Shown here: in pieces, positions 28,626 to 39,047 of the stretch
Layout: every line of letters starts with the position of its first letter
How positions within the stretch are numbered: the stretch's first letter is position 1
From: Snowella sp.
Lineage (GTDB): Bacteria > Cyanobacteriota > Cyanobacteriia > Cyanobacteriales > Microcystaceae
Direction of reading: 5' to 3'
Length of the DNA stretch: 39,047 bases
Assembly (NCBI GenBank): GCA_035285545.1
Contig: JAYKGY010000051.1
Location: forward strand, 1-39,047
The notes under the pieces: model-generated
Database searches by the model: none
What the model was told of the DNA's origin: nothing
What the model saw: the letters and a program-made list of their open reading frames with translations, nothing else
Position numbers and translations under genes: made by a program

Positions 28626-29585
28626 ATGAAAGGAATCTGGCTCGAAAATCAACAATTGGAACTCCGCGATCATCTACCCTTACCTAACGTTGCCCCCGAT
28701 GAAGCCTTAGTGAGAGTCCTACGGGCAGGAATTTGTAACACGGATTTGGAACTATTGCGGGGATACTATCCCTATCAAGGGGTCTTGGGCCATGAGTTTG
28801 TCGGAATTGTGGAACAGGGGCCAGAAGATTTAATAAATCGGCGGGTTGTGGGTGAAATCAATGCCACCTGTGGCCATTGCCATTTTTGTCTTACGGGTCA
28901 ATCAACCCATTGTGAAAATCGAACGGTGTTAGGAATTGTTAACCGAAATGGTGCCTTTGCTGAATACCTGACCTTACCCATTAAAAACTTACATCCTGTG
29001 CCGGATACGGTGAGTACGGATGCGGCAACCTTCACCGAACCGATCGCGGCAGCTTTAGAAATCCAAGAACAAGTTACCGTGACCCCCCAAACGAAAGTTT
29101 TAGTCGTAGGAGATGGAAAATTAGGGCAATTAGTCGCTCAAACCTTGGCGTTAACGGGGTGTGATTTGTTGGCCATTGGTCGTCATGCGGAGAAGTTAGC
29201 CCATTTACAAGCCCAAAATATTGCAACCGGATTTGTAGAAGCAGTCACCGAAAGAGCTTTTGACATTGCGGTGGAATGTACGGGAAATCCTGAAGGATTC
29301 GCGATCGCCCGTCGTGCCCTGCGCCCCAGGGGAATTTTGGTTTTAAAAAGTACCTATGCGGCGAATTTAAATTTAGATATTTCGTCCATTGTGGTTGATG
29401 AAATTACGCTGATTGGTTCCCGTTGTGGCCCCTTTGATAAAGCCTTAAAACTGTTAGCGGAAGATAAAATTGCAGTAGAAAATCTCATTCAAGCCAAGTA
29501 TTCCCTGCTGGAAGGATTAGCTGCTTTCAAACACGCTCAACAACGGGGAGTGCTTAAGGTCTTATTAAATATGGAACAGGAGTAG
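28626..29585 (+). CDS. Zinc-dependent alcohol dehydrogenase-like (MDR family)
   Basis: GICNTD, GHE, structural-Zn CGHCHFC...C and GDGKLG. Confidence 0.93.
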   Translation: MKGIWLENQQLELRDHLPLPNVAPDEALVRVLRAGICNTDLELLRGYYPYQGVLGHEFVGIVEQGPEDLINRRVVGEINATCGHCHFCLTGQSTHCENRTVLGIVNRNGAFAEYLTLPIKNLHPVPDTVSTDAATFTEPIAAALEIQEQVTVTPQTKVLVVGDGKLGQLVAQTLALTGCDLLAIGRHAEKLAHLQAQNIATGFVEAVTERAFDIAVECTGNPEGFAIARRALRPRGILVLKSTYAANLNLDISSIVVDEITLIGSRCGPFDKALKLLAEDKIAVENLIQAKYSLLEGLAAFKHAQQRGVLKVLLNMEQE

Positions 29586-29709
29586 TTTATGAAAAAATTA
29601 TTCCGCTTTTGTGGGTAAACTAGAGTCTTTTTACTGAGTCTAATCTTCTCTCCCAAAGGGAAGGACGCAAAAACAGAGCAAGACTAGCGGCGATCGCGCT
29701 TCAGAAAGC

Positions 29710-32700
29710 CTATCCTGCACCAATTAACTGTAATAACTGCTCCGTTGAAACCTTACCGCTCATATCCGTCCCTTCGAGTAAACTATCGGCGAGATCCCGC
29801 TTTTGATGATGTAAATCGACAATTTTTTCTTCAATCGTGTGTTTCGCCACCAGACGATAGATGGTAACAGGACGAGTTTGGCCAATGCGATGGGCCCGAT
29901 CCGAAGCTTGATCTTCTACTGCCGGATTCCACCAGGGATCCATGTGAATGACATAATCGGCTGCCGTAAGATTCAGACCCGTTCCCCCCGCTTTAAGGCT
30001 GATTAAAAAGACATCCCCTTCGCCATTTTGAAAGGCATCCACTCGTTTTTTGCGATCCTTGAGGGGGGTACTGCCATCTAAGTATTGATAGGAAATTTTA
30101 TTTTCATCTAAATAATTGCGAATAATACTCAAATGATCCACAAATTGACTAAAAACTAATGCTTTATGACGATTTTCCAGTAATTCCTGTAACACTTCCC
30201 CAAAGGTTTCCAGTTTAGAACTCTGAATGGATGTATCGGGCATGATTAAACTGGGATTGCAACAGGCCCGACGTAACCGCATAATTTCGGCCAAGACTTG
30301 TAAATGTTTATTGCCTGCTTGAGCATCACTGGCTTCAATATTGGCGATCGCCTGACGACGAAGGGCTTCATAAAAGGCCATTTCTTCTGGGGAAAGCTCA
30401 ACCTGTAGCAAAATTTCAGTCCGAGCGGGTAATTCTTGGAGAACTTGATTTTTGGTACGTCGTAATAAAAAGGGCTGAATCAAGCGTTTAAGCTGCTGAC
30501 GGGCGGCTTTATCTTGATACCGTTCAATGGGAATGGCAAACCGTTCATTAAAGCTATCCAACGACCCCAGCAAGCCTGGATTAATAAACCGAAAGAGATT
30601 CCACAATTCCCCTAAATGGTTTTCAATGGGCGTTCCTGTGGTGATCAGTTTAAATTCTGCCTGCAAATTCATGGCCGCTTGAGAACGCTTAGTCGTCATA
30701 TTTTTAATCGCTTGGGCTTCATCTAACACCACCACTTGCCATTGCACCTTGGCCAACATTTCTCCCACTTCTTCCTGCTGTAGCAACCCATAGGTACAAA
30801 CGATCAGATCAAAGGGTTGTAAATTTTCTAACAGAGTTGCGCGATCGCCACTGCCAAACTGTTGCGGTTTTAACGTGGGTGCAAAACGAGCCGCTTCATT
30901 GATCCAATTAGGGCAAACAGAAGTTGGGGCAATAATTAAGGTCGGGCCTGCTGATGCTTTGGTTAAAATCAAGGCCAACGCCTGAATTGTTTTCCCCAAG
31001 CCCATATCATCCGCTAAACAAGCTCCCACGCCCCAATGGGCCAAGCGGGCTAACCATTGAAACCCTTCAACTTGATAATCCCGCAGATCTGCTTGCAAGG
31101 TAGAGGGAACTTGCGGCTCCAGGGATTGCATTTCCTTAATGCGTTTGAGGTGGGACTTCCAATGGCGATCGCTTTTTAAATTTTCCGCTTCATCAAACAG
31201 ATCTTCTAAGGCCAAAGCCGCTAGGGGATGAAAACGTCTGCCTTTCCCCTGTTTTTCCGAAAAGCCCTTTAACTCTTCCAATCGTTGGCGAAATTCCTCT
31301 GTTAAGGCTAAAAATTGACCATCACCCAGGGCAATAAAACGGCTGGAACTTTGTCCTAGCAATTCCATTAACTGTTGCAAGCTAAACACCAAATTATCAT
31401 CCAGGCGCAATTCCCCATCGGCCGAGAACCAATCCCGTTCCCGTTGAATATGGAGTTGCAATTGATTAAATCTTGCCTGATGGCTAACCCGTAATTTTTC
31501 ACCTTCGGGCCACTCAATTTTCGCCTTTTCCCCCAATGCTTGTAATTCTAAAAGTAGTTCTAAGCAATTTTCAGGATCTTCAAGAAGCCATTCGCCACCC
31601 ATCGCATCATTCAAAATCAAGGTCGGGCAAGCCTTAATGATTTCATCGGCCTGTTGTTTTTCGTCATTGAGATCGCGGGTGGTCTGGTAGCGTTGGCCGT
31701 TAATGTCGGTAATCACCGTTTCGCCGCCTTTTCCGGGTTGGAAATAGGGGCCAGCCTCCCCAAAGGGACGGGTTAAGAGGGCAACTTTGAGACCGTCTCC
31801 CATGGGTAAAAGCTGAATGTGGGGCAAACTTTGGGCGGGTAATTCCTGGGCTGATTCCAAACCACCGCCAATATCGGAATGAACCGTAACAAGACCCGCG
31901 ATCGCGTTAATAGCCGTTAAGACTTTTTCCTGGGCTGCAACGGGAACTTCTAATCGGTTATTATTGCCTAAAATCGTTGCAATACGAAGATGTTGGTCAT
32001 TCACTTCAATGACTTTTAATCGTGTCAGACTTTCCTTGATGGCAATGATTTTTTCAGCATTAGAAATATCGGGTTCCAATTGTAAAATCAGCCGTTGATT
32101 TTTCGTTTTCTTCACTTGCAATTGGGGTTCCCCTGCGACGACTTCAACCTGTACCGTTGTATTTTCCCAAAACACCAGAGGATGACCAATGAGAGCAACC
32201 AGGGCTGACGGTTCAAATCGATATTCCGTTTGTCCGTAATAGCCGACTGAATAACTGTCTAAATGGGCGCAAACTTGCCAATCTTGAGGAGTAAAGTAAT
32301 TCAGATTAGCCGATTGTTTGGTTAGGCGTTTTAAGGCAATGGCTCTTCCTGCTGACCAACTGCTTTTGGGGTTCCAAACCTGTTCTTTCGGGGCAATGGA
32401 AAAGTTGTCGGTTGAATAGTAAGTCACAAACCAGGCTAGGCGTTTACTGGCAGGCTGTGTCGATTCTGCTTTTTTGACTCCAGCCAAGTCCCCTAAACTA
32501 GCTAACGCGGCTAAGGATAATTCCCAATCGCTCTTGGGTTGCAGAATATCTAAGAGGCTGAATACGCTTTCCTGATTGCGCCATTCTTCTGCGATCGCGG
32601 CATCAGCAGAATTAGCCGAAGATTGGGAGTGTTCGATCACATCGGTCATTTCGGCCGCTAACCACTGATAACCCGCCTTGAGGGCCGGTCTTTGTACTGC

Positions 32701-33963
32701 TTTAGCCTGATTAATTAATGGGCCTTTCCGCTCAGGAGCCAACCAATAGAGACAAATGACCTTAAAAAAGCTCACGAGGGCATGGTCATCATCGGAATAT
32801 TGACACCGACTCCGCAAGCTTTGTTGTTTACCGCGATCGCCTTGTTGCCAGCGAATCAAATCCTGAAGGAGCTTATAAATCTCACAGACTACGGGTTCTT
32901 CCTTGAGATCAAGGGCAATTTTGATATAGGATTCTGCCTCTTGGTAACATTCCCCCGTTCCTACGCCCAGGAGCGCAAAAATAAATAAAATCCCTGAAAT
33001 TCGGGGTAAATAAACTTTCCGTTTTTTGGTAAGTTTCCTGAGGCTAGTTAATGCTTTACGATAATCGGCGATCGCGTCTGGATACTGACCCCGCAGACAG
33101 GCCACATTCGCTTGATATAAAAAAAAGTTACTGGGATGTAAATCAGGACACTGTGTTTCCAATTGTTTCAAAAGTTTTTCGATGTCTGTCAATTGACCCC
33201 GAAACAAGAATTGCTCCGCCAATAACATGGCCAATGTTAAAGAGTTTCGTTTGTTGTGCAAAACTTCTTTTTTGAGTTCTTCAAATAGCTCATCGATGGG
33301 AGAGAGATCTTCTAAAGAAGCAATGAGTTTAGTTTCAAGCACTAAATCTCTTAATTCGGGCTTTAGCTGATTAAACCACTCCTGATCAAACGGATTATCA
33401 ATCATTTCTATTAAAATACCATCTAAAGTGATGGGAAATCCATGATAAGCCGACGTAAAGCGATAAAAATCTTCAAATTGTTTATGAATAAACTTTAAGT
33501 CACCACGATGAATGCCAATACGAACTTCGCGAATAAAGTCATTATTATTCCGAAAGTCGCGCCATCCACCATAACGAACATCTTCAATTGACCAAGTAGT
33601 TTCAACCGCCGTCACTAATTTTTCAAATTCCCCTGCCTTGATCGCATCTCGACTAGGGATTTCCCGTAATTTGGCATGACAAGTGACCCCTTTTCCCTGC
33701 TCATAAACCACAAGTCCTGAAGCCAGTAGTTTGTCTAACGTGGGTTTAAGGGTAGCGGGTAATAATTGATTGCCTTTCGAGTCTGTCAAACCCAAATTCT
33801 GTAAACAGGTTACTAGGTCAGTCCGAGAAATGGGCTTATATACAATCGAAAATATACGCAGAATCGTCTTTTTTAACGCGGGCAATTGCTCGTATTGATT
33901 CCTTAATTCTTGATATTCCTTGGGATCGGCAGTATGAATTATCATGACAAATGGATCGAGCAA
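29710..33963 (-). CDS. Large SNF2-family helicase (alternative start ATG 33945)
   Basis: LRDYQ, LADDMGLGKT, DEAQ, TGTPIENHL, SLKAGGTGLNL and WWNPAVEDQASDRAHRIGQ. Confidence 0.95.
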   Translation of the reverse strand: MLDPFVMIIHTADPKEYQELRNQYEQLPALKKTILRIFSIVYKPISRTDLVTCLQNLGLTDSKGNQLLPATLKPTLDKLLASGLVVYEQGKGVTCHAKLREIPSRDAIKAGEFEKLVTAVETTWSIEDVRYGGWRDFRNNNDFIREVRIGIHRGDLKFIHKQFEDFYRFTSAYHGFPITLDGILIEMIDNPFDQEWFNQLKPELRDLVLETKLIASLEDLSPIDELFEELKKEVLHNKRNSLTLAMLLAEQFLFRGQLTDIEKLLKQLETQCPDLHPSNFFLYQANVACLRGQYPDAIADYRKALTSLRKLTKKRKVYLPRISGILFIFALLGVGTGECYQEAESYIKIALDLKEEPVVCEIYKLLQDLIRWQQGDRGKQQSLRSRCQYSDDDHALVSFFKVICLYWLAPERKGPLINQAKAVQRPALKAGYQWLAAEMTDVIEHSQSSANSADAAIAEEWRNQESVFSLLDILQPKSDWELSLAALASLGDLAGVKKAESTQPASKRLAWFVTYYSTDNFSIAPKEQVWNPKSSWSAGRAIALKRLTKQSANLNYFTPQDWQVCAHLDSYSVGYYGQTEYRFEPSALVALIGHPLVFWENTTVQVEVVAGEPQLQVKKTKNQRLILQLEPDISNAEKIIAIKESLTRLKVIEVNDQHLRIATILGNNNRLEVPVAAQEKVLTAINAIAGLVTVHSDIGGGLESAQELPAQSLPHIQLLPMGDGLKVALLTRPFGEAGPYFQPGKGGETVITDINGQRYQTTRDLNDEKQQADEIIKACPTLILNDAMGGEWLLEDPENCLELLLELQALGEKAKIEWPEGEKLRVSHQARFNQLQLHIQRERDWFSADGELRLDDNLVFSLQQLMELLGQSSSRFIALGDGQFLALTEEFRQRLEELKGFSEKQGKGRRFHPLAALALEDLFDEAENLKSDRHWKSHLKRIKEMQSLEPQVPSTLQADLRDYQVEGFQWLARLAHWGVGACLADDMGLGKTIQALALILTKASAGPTLIIAPTSVCPNWINEAARFAPTLKPQQFGSGDRATLLENLQPFDLIVCTYGLLQQEEVGEMLAKVQWQVVVLDEAQAIKNMTTKRSQAAMNLQAEFKLITTGTPIENHLGELWNLFRFINPGLLGSLDSFNERFAIPIERYQDKAARQQLKRLIQPFLLRRTKNQVLQELPARTEILLQVELSPEEMAFYEALRRQAIANIEASDAQAGNKHLQVLAEIMRLRRACCNPSLIMPDTSIQSSKLETFGEVLQELLENRHKALVFSQFVDHLSIIRNYLDENKISYQYLDGSTPLKDRKKRVDAFQNGEGDVFLISLKAGGTGLNLTAADYVIHMDPWWNPAVEDQASDRAHRIGQTRPVTIYRLVAKHTIEEKIVDLHHQKRDLADSLLEGTDMSGKVSTEQLLQLIGAG

Positions 33964-34205
33964 ACCTCTGTAGCGTCGCTTTATTCTTTAAAAATAAAGA
34001 AATTTTTATCAAATAATGATTCACTTTATCTAAATTAACATTTCGCTGAAGCTTTTGAGAATGGGTCAAGTGCGATCGCATGGTTCGTTTCCGAGCATAT
34101 TCTTTAAAAGTCAATAAACCTAGATAAATAATAGGGATACGATCGCGGATAAACCCGATAAAATAAGTGGGATTGAAATTACCGACCCTCCTACGGATAC
34201 CGTTT

Positions 34206-37200
34206 ATGCCACGCCGCGAAGACTTAAAAAAAATTCTTGTATTGGGAGCCGGCCCCATCGTTATCGGCCAAGCCTGTGAATTTGACTACTCTGGAACGCA
34301 AGCCTGTAAAGCCCTACGGGAAGAAGGTTATGAAGTGGTGTTAGTAAACTCTAACCCGGCTTCGATCATGACCGATCCAGAAACGGCTCACCGTACCTAT
34401 ATCGAACCGCTCATTCCCGAAATGGTGGAAAAAGTCATCGCCAAGGAACGTCCTGATGCCCTGTTACCCACCATGGGCGGACAAACGGCCTTAAATATTG
34501 CAGTGGCGTTGGCGAAAAATGGTGTTCTCGACCAATATGGGGTTGAGTTAATCGGGGCAAAACTGGCTGCGATCGAAATGGGAGAAGACCGAGAACTGTT
34601 TAAAGAGGCGATGGCCCGCATTGGCGTTCCCGTTTGCCCATCAGGAATTGCCAATAATTTGGAAGAGGCGCGGCGTGTTGCCCAAGAAATTGGTTCTTAT
34701 CCTTTGATTATTCGTCCTGCGTTTACTCTGGCAGGTACAGGGGGCGGTATTGCCTACAACCAAGAAGAATACGAAGAAATGGCCGCCTATGGTTTGGAGC
34801 AATCTCCTGTTTCCCAAATTCTGGTGGAAAAATCCCTCTTGGGCTGGAAAGAGTACGAACTGGAAGTGATGCGAGACTTAGCGGATAACGTGGTCATTAT
34901 CTGCTCCATTGAAAACTTTGACCCGATGGGGGTACATACGGGAGACTCGATTACCGTTGCGCCGGCCCAAACCTTAACGGATAAGGAATACCAACGGCTA
35001 CGGGATTACTCTAAAGCGATTATTCGGGAAGTGGGAGTTGAAACGGGTGGATCGAATATTCAGTTTTCGGTGAATCCTGCCAATGGGGATGTGATCGTCA
35101 TTGAAATGAATCCCCGCGTTTCCCGTTCTTCGGCCTTGGCTTCTAAAGCGACTGGATTCCCGATCGCGAAGTTTGCGGCCAAATTAGCAGTCGGTTATAC
35201 ACTCAACGAAATTTCTAACGATATTACCAAGAAAACCCCTGCATCCTTTGAGCCGACCATTGATTATGTGGTCACGAAGATTCCCCGTTTTGCCTTTGAA
35301 AAATTCCCAGGCTCAGAGCCAATTTTAACCACCCAAATGAAGTCGGTCGGGGAAGCCATGGCCATTGGTCGTACTTTCCAAGAATCTTTCCAAAAAGCTT
35401 TACGGTCTTTGGAAACAGGTCGCTTTGGTTTTGGTTGCGATCGCTCAGAAACCTTGCCCACCATTCCCCAAATTCGTGGTCAACTCCGAACCCCCAATCC
35501 TGAGCGAGTTTATTCTATCTATCATGCCTTTAAATTAGGAATGAGTGTGGAAGAAATCCATGAATTAACCGCCATTGACCCCTGGTTTTTAGATAAATTA
35601 GCGGATTTGATGGAAACTGAAAAATTCCTCAAGCAACATCCTTTAACCAAAATTACGGCGGAGCAGATGCGCTATGTGAAACGTCAAGGTTTCAGCGATC
35701 GCCAAATTGCCTTTGCCACTAAAACCAGTGAAGATGAAGTCCGAGCCTATCGTAAGAACTTGGGCATTATTCCGGTTTATAAAATGGTGGATACTTGCGC
35801 GGCGGAATTTGAAGCCCTTACCCCCTATTATTACTCCACCTATGAACCGTCAGAAACGGAAGTTTTACCCTGCGATAAGCCCAAAGTGATGATTTTAGGC
35901 GGCGGGCCGAATCGGATTGGGCAAGGGATTGAATTTGACTATTGTTGTTGTCATGCGGCTTTTTCCCTCAGCGATGCGGGCTATGAAACCATCATGGTGA
36001 ACTCCAACCCCGAAACGGTTTCGACTGACTACGACACCAGCGATCGCCTCTATTTTGAACCATTGACCAAAGAGGATGTTTTAAACATTATCGAAGCAGA
36101 GCAACCCGAAGGCATCATCATTCAATTCGGCGGCCAAACGCCGCTTAAATTGGCTGTTCCTTTACAAAAATATCTCACCAGCTCCAATTGCCCTGTCAGT
36201 ACCAAAATCTGGGGAACGTCGCCTGATTCTATTGACACCGCAGAAGATCGCGAACGCTTTGAAAAAATTCTCCATGAACTAAGCATTAATCAACCCCCCA
36301 ATGGTATTGCCCGCAATTACGAAGAATCCCGCGTTGTGGCTAATCGAATTGGTTATCCTGTGGTAGTGCGTCCTTCCTACGTTTTAGGGGGTCGGGCGAT
36401 GGAAATCGTCTATTCCGATGAAGAATTAGAACGGTACATGGTCTATGCGGTGCAAATTGAACCCGATCATCCCATTTTGATTGATAAATTCCTAGAGAAC
36501 GCGATCGAAGTGGATGTGGATTCCCTCACCGATGCAACGGGAAATGTGGTGATTGGGGGAATTATGGAGCATATCGAAGAAGCAGGGATTCACTCTGGAG
36601 ATTCCGCCTGTTCTGTGCCCTATACTAGCCTGAGTCCATCTGTTTTATCGACAATCCGTCAATGGACAGCGGAATTAGCGAAAGCCCTCAAGGTTGTCGG
36701 CTTGATGAATATTCAATACGCAGTACAAGGAGAGCAAGTTTATATCCTGGAAGCTAATCCCCGTGCATCCCGTACTGTTCCTTACGTTTCTAAAGCAACA
36801 GGCCGCCCCCTAGCGAAAATTGCTTCTTTGTTAATGTCAGGCAAAACCCTAGCGGAATTGGGCATTACGGAAGAATTTATTCCCAATCATGTTGCCGTCA
36901 AAGAAGCCGTCTTACCCTTTTCTAAGTTTCCTGGTGCGGATACGCTCCTCGGCCCTGAAATGCGCTCTACGGGTGAGGTCATGGGGATTGACAGCGATTT
37001 TGGTAAGGCGTTTGCTAAGGCGGAATTGGCAGCAGGGGTTAATCTGGCAACTTCGGGGACGGTCTTTGTTTCCCTCAGCGATCGCACTAAAGAAGCGGCG
37101 GTTCCAGTGGTTAAAGACTTAATGGAACTCGGTTTCAGAGTGGTTGCCACAGCAGGAACTCAAAAGGTGTTAAAAGAAAACGGCATTGAAGGGGTTGAAG

Positions 37201-37448
37201 TTGTCCTCAAACTCCATGAAGGTCGCCCCCATGTGATCGATTGGATCAAGAATAATTGGATTCAATTTATTATCAATACGCCGAGCGGTGAAGAGTCTCA
37301 ATTAGATGGGCGATCGATCCGTCGGGCAGCGTTGGATTATAAGTTACCGATTATCACAACGATTGCAGGAGCTAAGGCAACGGTTGCCGCAATCAAGAGT
37401 TTACAGGAGCATCCTTTAGAGGTTAAAGCTTTACAAGATTATCTCTAA
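34206..37448 (+). CDS. carB: Carbamoyl-phosphate synthase large subunit
   Basis: [30 protein letters not shown] start (ATG 34206), duplicated ATP-grasp domains and a C-terminal MGS-like domain. Confidence 0.98.
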   Translation: MPRREDLKKILVLGAGPIVIGQACEFDYSGTQACKALREEGYEVVLVNSNPASIMTDPETAHRTYIEPLIPEMVEKVIAKERPDALLPTMGGQTALNIAVALAKNGVLDQYGVELIGAKLAAIEMGEDRELFKEAMARIGVPVCPSGIANNLEEARRVAQEIGSYPLIIRPAFTLAGTGGGIAYNQEEYEEMAAYGLEQSPVSQILVEKSLLGWKEYELEVMRDLADNVVIICSIENFDPMGVHTGDSITVAPAQTLTDKEYQRLRDYSKAIIREVGVETGGSNIQFSVNPANGDVIVIEMNPRVSRSSALASKATGFPIAKFAAKLAVGYTLNEISNDITKKTPASFEPTIDYVVTKIPRFAFEKFPGSEPILTTQMKSVGEAMAIGRTFQESFQKALRSLETGRFGFGCDRSETLPTIPQIRGQLRTPNPERVYSIYHAFKLGMSVEEIHELTAIDPWFLDKLADLMETEKFLKQHPLTKITAEQMRYVKRQGFSDRQIAFATKTSEDEVRAYRKNLGIIPVYKMVDTCAAEFEALTPYYYSTYEPSETEVLPCDKPKVMILGGGPNRIGQGIEFDYCCCHAAFSLSDAGYETIMVNSNPETVSTDYDTSDRLYFEPLTKEDVLNIIEAEQPEGIIIQFGGQTPLKLAVPLQKYLTSSNCPVSTKIWGTSPDSIDTAEDRERFEKILHELSINQPPNGIARNYEESRVVANRIGYPVVVRPSYVLGGRAMEIVYSDEELERYMVYAVQIEPDHPILIDKFLENAIEVDVDSLTDATGNVVIGGIMEHIEEAGIHSGDSACSVPYTSLSPSVLSTIRQWTAELAKALKVVGLMNIQYAVQGEQVYILEANPRASRTVPYVSKATGRPLAKIASLLMSGKTLAELGITEEFIPNHVAVKEAVLPFSKFPGADTLLGPEMRSTGEVMGIDSDFGKAFAKAELAAGVNLATSGTVFVSLSDRTKEAAVPVVKDLMELGFRVVATAGTQKVLKENGIEGVEVVLKLHEGRPHVIDWIKNNWIQFIINTPSGEESQLDGRSIRRAALDYKLPIITTIAGAKATVAAIKSLQEHPLEVKALQDYL

Positions 37449-37465
37449 CTAAATATTTAATTAAT

Positions 37466-37511
37466 AGCGGGATAAGTAATTTAGTTACACTTTAGCTTGT
37501 CCCGTTTTTTT
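37466..37511 (+). terminator. Probable intrinsic terminator after carB
   Basis: Arms GCGGGATAAG / CTTGTCCCGT, followed by a T run. Confidence 0.6.
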
Positions 37512-37512
37512 A

Positions 37513-37521
37513 TGTTACAAT
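37513..37521 (+). promoter_or_regulatory. Candidate extended -10 (TGnTACAAT) for the downstream island
   Basis: TGTTACAAT immediately after the terminator. Confidence 0.35.
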
Positions 37522-37638
37522 CAATCTCAAAATAACGTTATTATTGGCTTTTTATAAAAAAATTAATTATGATGGGTATGTTAAAAAATTAAGAATTAAT
37601 AATTAATTAAAAATTTGAATTTTTAATTTCTAAGTTTT

Positions 37639-38406
37639 ATGGCAGATATCGAATTTAGGGGATTGGAAACATGCTCAATTTTAATAAAGGCTTATGCAAC
37701 CTTATCCATTGATCATGAAAAAACAATGACACTAGAAGAGAATAATGCAGAACTTTTTAAACGGCCTATTAATCCATACGTCAATTATAAAAATACTTTT
37801 GCTCTTTTAATTCTTAATGCCTCTATTATTGAAGGTGGATTACGTACTATCTTATCTGAACAAATACATTTAGAACGAGAAAAAGAAACACAATATAGAA
37901 TAAATCGAGGATTGACGGAGCAGTCTAAGGCAGAACTATTTTTTTTGAGATTTCTTTATGATGTTGAAACTCAAGGAGGGTGGGATAAACTAAAAGAGCA
38001 ATATATTTTTTTTAATAACGTTTCTCTTGATTCTCTTATGAAAAAAAAAGATCCAGATCTTAGGGAAGCAATAACTATACTTTTTAGATTACGAAATGTT
38101 TTATCTCATGGAACGGCTATTATTCAGCCAAATCAACCAATGGATGAATCTATGCAAGATTTATATCCATATAAATGGCAAAGTCAACTCCAACAAGGAG
38201 CTGTTTATTTAAAGAAATTTTTTGAAAATGATAATATTTTTGAAAATCTTGCTGAACATGGCATGCCAGAACACTTTTGGAAAAGGACTCAAGAATTATT
38301 TGATTTGATAGAAAATAAATTTACCTCTTTACCTTCTCGTTCTCAAAGAATAGTCAAGATGATAAAAGAATATAGTTTTGGTTATCGCTTACCCTTCGGT
38401 TACTGA
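37639..38406 (+). CDS. Hypothetical protein, putative stand-alone HEPN-domain RNase
   Basis: R152-N-V-L-S-H157 (RxxxxH) followed by G; upstream hydrophobic helix with Glu (ALLILNASIIEGGLR); AT-rich; no HIP1 site. Confidence 0.65.
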   Translation: MADIEFRGLETCSILIKAYATLSIDHEKTMTLEENNAELFKRPINPYVNYKNTFALLILNASIIEGGLRTILSEQIHLEREKETQYRINRGLTEQSKAELFFLRFLYDVETQGGWDKLKEQYIFFNNVSLDSLMKKKDPDLREAITILFRLRNVLSHGTAIIQPNQPMDESMQDLYPYKWQSQLQQGAVYLKKFFENDNIFENLAEHGMPEHFWKRTQELFDLIENKFTSLPSRSQRIVKMIKEYSFGYRLPFGY

Positions 38407-38480
38407 TAAACTACCATTTTTTACCACTTTAATTAATACAATATTCATGTCGATAATAATATTAAATTTAGTAGACATTA

Positions 38481-38645
38481 ATGAATATTAAATTAACTGC
38501 AATTATTGAAGCCTCAACAGAAGGAGGATATTGGGCAATTTGTCCAGAAATTGCTGGAGCTAACGGTCAAGGAGAAACCATTGAAGAAGCAAAAGAAGGC
38601 TTAAAAAGTGTAATTCAATTAATTCTTGAAGATCGCCTTGAATGA
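38481..38645 (+). CDS. HicB-family antitoxin, short (54 aa), possibly truncated; no adjacent hicA
   Basis: Not in the ORF track. Manual translation: MNIKLTAIIEASTEGGYWAICPEIAGANGQGETIEEAKEGLKSVIQLILEDRLE*. Confidence 0.85.
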   Translation: MNIKLTAIIEASTEGGYWAICPEIAGANGQGETIEEAKEGLKSVIQLILEDRLE

Positions 38646-38716
38646 ATCCTCTTTACCAGATAGTACAAAATATTGCGATTATTTCCCATTGGGAGAATTA
38701 ATGACTAAGCTAGAAT

Positions 38717-38995
38717 ATGGAAATCAGTTTTGATCCTGCTAAAAATGCAAAAAATATCCGCGATCGCGGACTCTCATTTGAACAAGTAGCAGAATTTGAT
38801 TTTCAGAAAGCAATATTTTTGATAGATGATCGCCAAGATTACGGAGAAATTCGTTATATCGCAGTTGGTTATCTCCACAACCGATTACACATTCTCTGTT
38901 TTACCCAAACCCTTACAGGCATTCGTGTAATTAGTTTTCGTAAAGCAAACCCAAGAGAGGCTAAAAAATATGGAAAATCCAAAACCCTTGACTAA
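38717..38995 (+). CDS. brnT: BrnT-family toxin (RNase)
   Basis: FDPAKNAKNIRDRGLSF, DDRQDYGEIRY and IRVISFRKAN.RE motifs. Confidence 0.92.
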   Translation: MEISFDPAKNAKNIRDRGLSFEQVAEFDFQKAIFLIDDRQDYGEIRYIAVGYLHNRLHILCFTQTLTGIRVISFRKANPREAKKYGKSKTLD

Positions 38996-39047
38996 TTTAG
39001 AAGGCGAAGTTCGTGAACTGACAGAAAATGAACTTTCTTCAGGCATT
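38970..39047 (+). CDS. Probable BrnA antitoxin, N-terminus; runs off the window edge
   Basis: ATG overlaps the 3' end of brnT; MENPKPLTNLEGEVRELTENE resembles BrnA N-termini. Confidence 0.7.
   Translation, partial: MENPKPLTNLEGEVRELTENELSSGI

Noticed and set aside
34167..34205. GTG-started N-terminal extension of CarB
   Set aside because: The conserved CarB N-terminus MPRR begins at ATG 34206.
33836..34258. 140-aa minus-strand ORF spanning the SNF2/carB intergenic region
   Set aside because: It overlaps both real genes, partly antisense to carB, and has no recognisable motif.
34206..37448. carB without carA, and ndhF1 without an adjacent ndhD
   Set aside because: Unlinked pathway genes are ordinary in unicellular cyanobacteria.
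37476..37488. GTA...TAC motif after carB as an NtcA site
   Set aside because: The spacing is N7, not N8, and it lies inside the terminator loop.

Overview
This 39 kb window is chromosomal DNA from a unicellular cyanobacterium. The evidence is frequent HIP1 GCGATCGC sites, a split-intein dnaE-N, ndhF1 and coaD-cdv3; the gene content resembles Synechocystis/Chroococcales. Most of it is core genes: FKBP, two phasin-like genes, dnaE-N, coaD, cdv3, ndhF1, dxr, an S66 peptidase, yyaL, tRNA-Cys, a methyltransferase, a Zn-dehydrogenase, two SNF2 helicases and carB. The accessory elements are tandem DUF29 genes, an internally deleted Uma2 relic, a receptor-less CheB/CheR-PAS pair, a TPR-STAND-16xWD40 protein, and an AT-rich island after carB (stand-alone HEPN-like gene, short orphan HicB, BrnT/BrnA). 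The best leads are that island, a 708-bp divergent intergenic region with a perfect CRP-family box and tandem repeats ahead of an unknown 79-aa ORF, the orphan CheB/CheR pair, and a canonically spaced NtcA-type promoter before ndhF1. No CRISPR array, IS element, integrase or rRNA was seen. All family assignments come from motif recognition, not database searches.
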